From Daphnia carinata (taxonomy: Eukaryota): a stretch of DNA of 64,000 nucleotides. The DNA lies in the NCBI RefSeq assembly GCF_022539665.2, contig NC_081331.1, forward strand, positions 13,454,001-13,518,000, in the 5' to 3' direction. Position numbers and translations under genes: made by a program. Positions 54,615 to 64,000 of this stretch are shown one piece after another (within the stretch, counting starts at the first letter, position 1; each line of letters opens with the position of its first letter). Under the pieces are notes generated by a model. It made no database searches. It had not been told where the DNA came from and saw only the letters and a list, made by a program, of their open reading frames with translations.

Positions 54615-56933
54615 AGAATAAAATAAGAAACGTTTACAAATATGTTGTTGTGTTTGACTTTATACATGCATGCAAGCCGAAATAATAATAAAAATTCAAA
54701 TTTGTTATGTTTCTATTCATTGGATTCTTTGGCCGCTGTCTATAAAACTGTGTGAGGAGGTCACGAAGGACGGGGCAACCAATAATTTTGTTTTATTCCA
54801 TTTTCTACGATCGCGAAGATAGTTAAAGTCTCAGGAGTACCATCGTAGCATCATTTCAATGCATCAGAGAAGCTCGTCAACCCAAAAGCAAAAAAATAGA
54901 TATTATTTTTGTGGCAAGGCCAGGAAGGTCTTCACGATTCAATCAACTCAGTCTCATGAAGCTGGTTGTACGACTACTTGTTTATGGCGATCGGAGACAC
55001 GGTACAAATGATCCTTTTTCCCCTACACCATGTCCGTGATTATACCGCCTCGCCAAACTGATGGGTCGTGAAACGTGGACTGTATCCGGTTCGCTGGCTC
55101 GTGATTTCTTGCAAACCAATCATGACAGCATCTTTTAGAGTTGCTCGCCTCCACTACTATTTCAACGTCAACGGCGTTGTTTCTATGTACGTGGGAACCT
55201 ATGTGACCGTTACTAGCAAACAACAATGTCCGATTGGTCGTACACGTGGAGGAAAGAAGACTGTCGTGAGAGCGACGACTGTTTGTTTCGATTAAGAGAC
55301 GGATCAAGCACCACGAAAGATAGATGGCTAGAAGACTAAAAAGAGTTGGTAGTAGTAGAATCTCATCATTTCCTGCTGATCTGGGATCCTCGGGATTCAG
55401 TCATACGTTGTCCACGTGATAACCTTGCCTAGAGGAGGGAGCGGGCTTTCCAGGACGTATGCGGGGGACACCAGTGACGGCTTCGCTTCTGCGAAACAAC
55501 TCCAATAGTCATTGATCAAACAACCCAAAAATAGCAACAAGAAAAATAAAACCCGATATCAATAGAATGTTTGAAGCCTCGATTGAATACGTCCAAATCC
55601 GTAAATGTATTTGACATTTTGGCATCCCTAAAGCTTTCAAAAGGAAAGACATTTCTCGGTTCTACAATCCGCTTTTAATGGAATCCCCAAGACACGAAGC
55701 CTATTTAGATAACTTAGTCTATCAGCCTGTGCCACTTTCAAGTTAATTCAATGAAATGGTGAAAGTTCACGCATGAATTAGATGTTTGTTTTCAGAAGTT
55801 TCTTGACACACTGAGTGAACAATTGGATATTACTGAAAAGACTGTATTATCTTTAAAAAATGATATAAGTTAGTATGAGCGAAATCCCTTGACATTCTCC
55901 GTATATTAGTCGGCCTTGAGTTGCTTCGCTTGTGTAATAAAGTTGCAAGTAATTATAGGTGACATTACAACCCTTTATTTTCTTTTGCCACGAGACACTA
56001 TCGTGATTGTTTCCTTTCAACAAAAAGGATGTACCCGAATAAACCATTGATCCAACAACCTAAAAATAGCCTTCCAAAATGTGAAAGTATCAACTGGAGT
56101 TTGTCTTTGCTATATATATAGAAAATTCCCTATTTGTAAATGTACATTTGATGTGTCAAAGTTTGGAGTGGAAGCTCAAGAAGCACAAATCTGTTTGCAT
56201 TCATCCACGGACGAGATGGTTCTCCAGTTACTTATAAGTCTCGATAAACAATCGTTATCGATGGCTTTCCACTCCGTTTATTTTTCTGGCCCAGATTTTG
56301 GCTGTGAACAAACTTCTTCATCTTTTTATTTTTGGCATTTTTCCAAACTCCTGACGCTGAATGCCCTCCCGGGCGCTAAATCGATTGTGTCCTTTACGGG
56401 AATCACGCAATATATAGCGGATCCTTTTCCCGTTTTGGTGGTACCCCGTGAAAACGCCGATGAAAGCATGTGGTTTTCTGGAACAATACTGTTCATGCAA
56501 TTGCACAGGAAGCGCTTTTGCTTGAGCTCCTAGTCAATGCAGTACTCAATGAACTCTGAGTTCACCATTGCAATAATTTTCCACTTCGCTTATCGACCCG
56601 ATTTAAGAGCAAACACGACGAACGGTAGTTCCAGCTGGCCTGCATCAGATAAGTAAAAAGGAAAAACAACAAAAAAGAAAATAAAAAGGGACAGAAGGTT
56701 TTGGAGAGCTGATGGGCTTGACACCCTCAGTTGTTGATTGATTGCCTGCCCTTTTTTGCACCACCGGTGTTTGTTGTTTCTCCACTCGAATAACAACGAG
56801 GTTGAAATAACTTGATAAGGCATAAATGGTGGCACGATGATTCGATAAGGGCCCTGTATTTATGAAGACTTGACCACAGGCTCTCACTTCAGTTTAGATG
56901 ATGCTTTTCGCAACGATGCAGTCGGATAGTGCA

Positions 56934-58573
56934 ATGTCCTTTTGGCTGATTGTGATCCTCCTGCTAGGAGTTTTCTCTTTGTCCGAGTCGAAGGTACGCA
57001 CACTTTTCGTGATTTATTTTGACGAAATTATACATGTGTAATTTCATTTGTTACATTTTATAGTCTTTTCCGAAAGCAACCCTTGCTAAGCCACCCGTCG
57101 ATGATGTGCAGCTCACTGTTGCACATCGAGGAAGTAAGATTTTGATAGAATTTTATCGATTAAGGTTCTTGAAAATTAAGACAATCCTAATTCATTCCAG
57201 CACCAGTATACACCGATGACGACATCTTCGTGTCATTGGTATGTTGAATAAATTCCTATTTGTATTTTCTGTAAAGTTGTTTTATCGCACTTTTAACGAT
57301 TGCAGAAAACACGTGCAAATGCATTAACAGAGTCATTGAATCCATCGTGGGTCAATTATAGCGATCCGAAACTACTCTGGAATCCTCAGGACATTCCTTA
57401 CTTCATCGATCCGAGTTTGGGTATTTGCACTTCACGATTCTTTTCGAAAGCTACCACATCTAATTAAGCTAATGAGGCGTTGTTTGAACTGTAATCTGGT
57501 TTGGAAATTAGCAAACTACACGAACATAATCTACACGTCGCTGTCGGAATTCACCCAAGTGTCCTGCCTGCGATTCCGAGAACTTTATTCCTCCGAATCC
57601 CATTCGTGGCCTAAAGATTACCTTTATTTTAACAATTCAGAGGTTAATTGAATGATGCATCAATACTGTTTCAAATTTAATTACTTTCTTTTTTAACACA
57701 GGGCTGTGCTTCTTTCGTTGGCCGTCAGGGTGGCGCACAACTGATCTCTTTACAGGCCGAAAAGTGCACAGCCGATGGTGCTGGCAAAGTCATGCACTTG
57801 ATTCTTCATTCGTTAGGTTTGATACAATTTTAGGGGAGGACATTTTTGTTTGCCACTGAATTTTCTTTCTTAATAAGGTTTTGGACATGAACACAACCGA
57901 CCGGATCGTGAAAGTGCCATCCGTATTCACTGGCAAAACGTGAACGAAACCAAAAGGCAATACCTCATCAAATACAAGTAGAATTTATTGTCTTATATGC
58001 ATCATTTCTTGAATAATTAATTCAATTTTCTTTCTAAAATATCTAGTGGGACTGATGCGGCTACGTATAACGAGTCTTACGATTACGACAGCATCATGCA
58101 CGGTAGTAACACTCTTTTCACGACCAATTCTTCGTTGATGACGATCACTGCTAGAAATGGTATGCACTTTCTGCGATCAATATCAAACAAAATCAATTCA
58201 CCAATACTATATTGATTACATAATAGATTCAAATTTGCCATTGGGTAATCGTGATCATCCTAGCGCTGCTGATATTCGTCGTCTGAACGCTCGATATTCT
58301 TGTTCCAGTACAACGGAAGCCCCGACAGGCAGTGAATGTGACCCTACGGCAAGTGCCCCAACTTGCTTCGGTGAAACGCGCCCAACGTTAGCAGATCCGG
58401 CGGATTGTACAAAATATTACGTCTGTCAGGGTAGTGAACCGATCCGGATGCCGTGCCCGGAAGGATTGTACTACAATCCTTTAATATTCGTTTGCGACTG
58501 GCCGTGGGCCACCATATGTTGCTCGGCGACTAGACGTCGTGATGGAACAGTTACTGCTGCAACAATCAAATAA
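56934..58573 (+). CDS. Secreted astacin-fold (M12A) protein lacking the catalytic Glu, fused to a peritrophin-A/CBM14 chitin-binding domain, about 362 aa, 9 exons
   Basis: Exons 56934-56993, 57064-57133, 57201-57238, 57306-57420, 57512-57642, 57702-57816, 57878-57977, 58047-58159, 58227-58573 (1089 nt). Signal peptide, W..QDIPYFID, SCLRF, GCASFVGRQGG, HLILHSLGFGHEHNRPDR, YDYDSIMHG, then DPADCTKYYVC...CPEGLYYNP...CDW. Confidence 0.88.
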
Positions 58574-61500
58574 TTGATCCTAACGATTTGATTTTGGTTT
58601 GTGCTTTAATATTATGAAAATACGTAGACACGACAAGTACTTGTAGAAATTTTCGCTAACAATGCAACACGTAGAAAAATAGAAACACATTTACTGCTTA
58701 TTTGATTACACCATTTTTAATACGTTTGCATATTAAATGAAATTATGCTTTTACTCGAATCTACTCCGGTGCTAAAGTTTAAAGACAAGAAGCTTTTCAT
58801 CAATAAATGCGATTCAATTGAAGTAAATGTAAAACAGCAAAACATGCTGTTTGCATTCACTTGTTTGTCATTGTTTTTTTGTGCACAATGACTTTGGGGT
58901 TTTTTCGTTTGTGGAAAGGTGCAAGGGGATGGTAACCAAAATATGTCGCACATATTTCTCTACAAACTTCTAAAAGGATGGGTGCGATAAATGACTGAGT
59001 TTGAATACCTAGCCTTTCCTATCGCTTCTCGTGTTTGCCACTTTTACAATATCGAAATATCTCCCCCTCCCCACAGGTAAAATTCTATCCATAATTATTC
59101 ATTTTTTAGACAGGGGTTAGAAAATTGAGTCAGTTGTTGGGGTAATCGTGCCGCAGTCGGATGTAGCTCAGTGATATCACCATTATTTTCAATTCTTCCA
59201 TTTCAACAATCCTTCATAATATCGGTAAGTTTTTTCTCCCCATCTTTACGTTTCTTGAATACGTGACGTGTCTTTAACTTTGCAATACGTACCAAGACAC
59301 TAGAATTTTTCTTTGATGTCGTGATCTTGGCAAGTTAGCTTCAATTCGGCACACGAGGGCGTATTTAATTGGAAGACCATGACACTGTCTGGGTCTAATG
59401 ATTTGAAAATTATTGCTCATCGTTTAATAAAGTTAGCTGTAGTTTAATTCGAATTTTGTCCTGTCGCTAGGTTCAATCCGTTCCCTAAGTTAAAATGAAC
59501 CAAATTGTTTGAAATGAATTTGGCTGCTCACGTATTGTTTCCATTTAAATGTCGACTTCCGAATTTATGCTTTATCACACACTCTTTGAAATTTACGTTA
59601 CCGATTTGCAGCATTAAAAAATGATAGAATCCAACATCGTGAAATGGAGGTTCTCCATCTATGAGATTATCAAAAGACCTTTTCTTTTCTTTCACAAATT
59701 TGCAATCCAAATGGGGTTAAATATAGTCAAGTACTCTACGAACTCTCGTAGGCTCTTGAAATCCAATTTCTAACGTTCTTCTCCACACTCCGTCTATAGT
59801 GAAGGTGACGCAATGTTGATAGGGTTGATCCATTATGCAATTTGTTATAGTAGAATGGATCGATTGTTACAAATCTCAACCATCTATTCTTGTCTGCCTT
59901 TGACTCCTCGACTGGACAGAGTAAGATGAAAAACGGTTACAACTCTTAAGGAGCCTAACATAAGAAAGGAATTGGAGTGCCGAATAACTACATGACAGGC
60001 CATTTCCATGAACGCCCAGGCAAATAATGCACTTTGACCGCATACGTTACCCTTTGACAACTTAATAATAATGCGAAATCTTGCTGTTGTCTAAACGAAA
60101 ATTTTTTCATGGAATTTACAATCTTTCCCGCTTGAATTTTCATCATTCAGTTTAGACTTTTACGTCCAAGACAAACCGTGACTGTGTTCTCCAGGGCTCG
60201 CGTTCTTGGCAAACGGCCAGATAAGGACGAATGAGAAATCTATTACAGTATCTACCCAGAAATGTATTTGTTTTCCTTTTTTAAAAAAATAAATACAGTC
60301 AGAATTGTTTTTCATTTTCTCGATTTTCCCGCAATCAGACGCACTGACCGCAGGACAAAATCGATCGCCAATGGCACCCCCAGTTTTCGTCTCTCAAGGT
60401 TCACGTTACACGTGCTTTTAATCCACAAGCTCACTTAGTCGAAGTGGTAGGTGATAGAAAAAGAAGAGGGGCTAAAAAAGAAACAAGGGCAAATATCAAG
60501 AAAAAGTTTAGCCATTTCGATGTGTTGAGAAAATAGGAACGAATCCAGCGACACTCTGCCGGATGGATTTCACGCATAGATAGGAGCGCGTAGGCGAAAA
60601 AAAGCGGCCTGTATTCGCCAGTAAAATCGTTGCCACGGAGAACGTGTGGTGACAGTGTAAACAAAATCATCGTTTTCGTTCTTTTAGGACTGCTGCTCAA
60701 TTACCTGCGGCGCACAAGATCCTCATTTCCGACGCAAGCCGATGGACTCGCCGTTGATCTTAGCCGCAAACGATTAGGCCCACACGTTCGGATTCACTTG
60801 CTTCTCATCATGAAAAAAATAAAGGACGAACGTAAGCAAGAAGACACATCACTCTTTTTTTTAAGGTTTGCCATGTTACGTATATATGGCTTTTATACCC
60901 TTACTGCTGGTCTTTTGTTTTATATGCCTCTCTCCTATGATCACGATCCCAACATCTGTGGGCAATACTCCCGGCAACATCCGTTTCCAAACGGAGGGAC
61001 CTTCCTTCCGCACAGATGGCTTGCATTCTCATCTATGGTGTGATAAATAGCCATCGGTGACGACGAGATGCTTTAAAAGTGACTGCTTATTGCCAAACTG
61101 CGCAATCCCTCTGTTTCGTCCGCGTACTCTTCTTTTATTTTGATTTTTATAAAAACCTGTGTTTCTAATAGCTTTAAGATGTGTCCGCCTTTTCCAGTCA
61201 CACACGCAAGCGCAAATCTTAATGGACGTAATCGAAATCGAATGATTGCATTTACTCCGCTAATTGTTGTACGCACATGCAGCAACTCGTACATTTCACA
61301 TCTTTTGCGATATGTGGAAGGAATTAAAGTAAGATGAAGGCCCATCAGTTTTTATTGCCGAAAATCATTAAGGATTTTTTAAGGTTTCGTTCTACTATCT
61401 CTATAAGCACTCAACCTAACACCATTACATTTGGTTTGTTTGCTTGTTAACCTTTCACCCCCTAACACCTTGTTCTCGATTTTTTTTCAAAAACCCGATT

Positions 61501-62224
61501 TTGCGCATGCGTTTGCCATCATAGCTAGAGAACAAACAAGAGGCAAGGGGGTATAAAAGAATATATATGTACACCAGCCGGAGTGACGATTCAGCATAGT
61601 AGCGTCAATCTCCGTTTGCCGGATGCTCTTTTGAGGTTCGGTGGAAATTTGATTGCGTATTCCTTTCATCCTCCCCTCCTAGTAGAGTGAAGATTTGTTT
61701 TTTCATGTGATGTTTAGCACCACCGTCAAGCTTCGTTACGCCACGCGCGGTCCCGCTCGATGGGTCCAACGTTTCCACCTTCTGATCGAATGACTTTACA
61801 TTACTCACGTTACATTTGCTGGCTGTCGGAGTGAATTAATTCGGTACACGTGTCGTTTCGACTTTCCACTCTTTTTGTTTTGATTTGCTTATCATCCACA
61901 AGTATTCTCCGTTATAAACTAGTGTGTCGTCATTGGGAATCTGATTGCGGAATGGCACGTTAATCAGTTTCTATTTTCAATAGTTTTATACTGAATTTAA
62001 TAGGGTCGACCGGAATTGCTCGCGTCGACATCCGTCATCGTTTCCAGCTTTACAAAAATCAGTGTGGTTTTGTGGTGTGAATGAAAAAGAGAGAGGAACA
62101 TAACGATCGCAGTCAGAAATTTTGAGCAATTGTGCGTAACCAGTGCGTTTTTATTGTGCCACATGAAAACAAGTTTTATTGATTATACCGAAATTCAGGG
62201 AAGAAAAAGCAATACCCAGTAAAT

Positions 62225-62407
62225 ATGGGGATGATGAAAGTTTCTCGGAAAACGACACATGTGCTTCCCATATTCCTTCTTTTGTCCTTGTGCGTCATAA
62301 CGGGTTCGGTTCAAGTGGTCAGCCGCCAGGATGGAGACATCATGCTCGGCGCCTTATTCCCGATTCACGCCAAAGGCTCTTCGCCGGAAGGCTGCGGACC
62401 CTTGCAG
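62225..62407 (+). CDS. First coding exon of a class C GPCR (metabotropic glutamate receptor / mangetout-like); the gene continues beyond the window
   Basis: Signal peptide followed by DGDIMLGALFPIHAKG...CGPLQ, the mGluR-family N-terminal motif GDxxLGGLFPxH...CG, then a CAG|GTATAC donor at 62407/62408. Confidence 0.82.
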
Positions 62408-64000
62408 GTATACCATTTTAAGCTACATCACCGTTGACAACTGGGATCCAAGTTCAATCCTTGTATCGTTATTAGCTTTTTATGCGCATTCGCCTAACTT
62501 TCTCAAAAAAGTTTGACGTAATGACGTCATTAGTTCAGTCGTAAATGTCATTTCACGCGATGAATCGTAAAAATAGAAAGGCCGCAATCAAGTTTTAGGG
62601 ATCGCCACATCGCATTTCGATTCGGTGGAGGAAATGAAACGATGCCTTAAGAGTGATACAAAATCTGTATAGAACCATATGCCCCCACATGGAACCGACC
62701 GACCACTATGTATTGTATAGTTTTGTATCATAAATCAACAGGGCCGATGATATTGTGTATGCTGCTTGCCCCTTTTCTTATCGCTTGCGATTCAGTGAAT
62801 GTTTTAGACAGCCGGAGAAGCTATAGACGATATAGGTCATGTGTAGTCTTTGTGCACGCCAGCATAAAATTGTAACAGCATAGTGTGGAACTTGAGCTGC
62901 CCGTCCATAGCGATACGGGACAACAGTCACGTAAGCAGCGTCGTTTACCTACAGTACGTGAATGTAACAGGATAAAATGGATCACAAAAAGTTGTCCGGT
63001 CTTAAACAGGATTCTCTTTTCACGTTCGATTTGGGCTATTGCATCTTGTCTCGTATTTGCGTTAGGACGACACGCATAGTTTGTTAGTAGAACCGAGCGA
63101 GATAATCGTGACGCACTTTCGCAAGAAACGAAAGGGTATGGTAATGAAATCCAGAAATTAAAAGTTACGTAAAAAGGGAAAGTAAGAGGGACGGGGAAGT
63201 AAGTGCTCTTTCTTTCATGCTATCGAACCGTTCCCTTTGAAAATGTACAGAGAGAAAACATTTCATGTTGCCAAATGGTTCAGAAAGAATTGAAAAATGA
63301 AGGATGGAGGCTGGGATGACGTATTTGAAGGTTCAAGTGTTGGTGTCGTCTAGAGCATCGGCATTGTGTGGGATTTCAGCGAACGAGTGGGTTGTCGAAG
63401 GTTTGATAGAACGCAGCTGCAAATGGATCTTTTAACTCTCCATTTTTCATGTACGATTTGTTTCGTGAATTCAATTTGGCCGACTGGTAAGCATGAGATA
63501 TTACTAGTGTATTTGTCTCCCAACTGTCTGAGCAGCTCAAGGTAGTCTGCATTCGCAGAATTGGTTTATCGATTTTACAAAACCGACTTTTGTTTTATCA
63601 AAATTGACTTATCGTGATGTTGCGTGAACGGAGGCTTATTGCTCCAGATTCACGACAAAGCCAAACGAGCCATGGCAACCGGCCAATATCATTCATCAAG
63701 ATGTCGGTCTTCCAATCAAGTGTGATTTTCCATGCAAAGCGAATCAAGTTACGTAAATCACATCCGTCTGCTGAGAAAATATGGTTGCAAAGTGTACTGC
63801 AAAATTCAATTCTTTGTGCTAAATGGAACGATCTTAATTCCACGTAAACTTTCAAGTTTCAGCAAATCAATAACCCACTATACTAATTGGGGCACTTGTT
63901 TTCCAATGCAACATTTGTTTCTTTCACCATCTTTTCCCATCTGTGGCCACACCAATATTTTATTGATAAGAATTCGTTTGCGTGACTATCGAGCGTGTGT

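Noticed and set aside
56081..56533. 150-aa plus-strand ORF
   Set aside because: Starts at GTG, has no recognisable domain and no convincing splice sites.

Overview
Eukaryotic, AT-rich genomic DNA with many introns of about 55-100 nt. Intron size, gene density and the gustatory-receptor type suggest a branchiopod crustacean, most likely Daphnia (inference). Hand-built spliced models, left to right: initiator tRNA-Met; DHX16/Prp2 helicase (-) head-to-head with a short FOP/CEP43 (+); a carbonyl reductase with a 1-nt frameshift, bracketed by a palindrome-cored repeat family; CCDC28 (-); a Toll-6/8-like receptor with a degenerate TIR domain inside gene-poor DNA; a small orphan coiled-coil gene; a gustatory receptor; an intronless RING protein with STI1/DP-like repeats; CREB (-) with a CRE cluster in its 5' region; a compact pericentrin/AKAP9-like PACT protein; an astacin pseudo-protease fused to a chitin-binding domain; and the first coding exon of an mGluR-like class C GPCR. 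The leads most worth checking are the catalytically dead astacin-CBM14 fusion, the repeat-bracketed frameshifted reductase, the RING-STI1 protein and an extra CREB exon resembling a degenerate copy of the basic region. Exon boundaries were inferred by eye from splice signals and frame continuity; no searches were run, so novelty is unverified.
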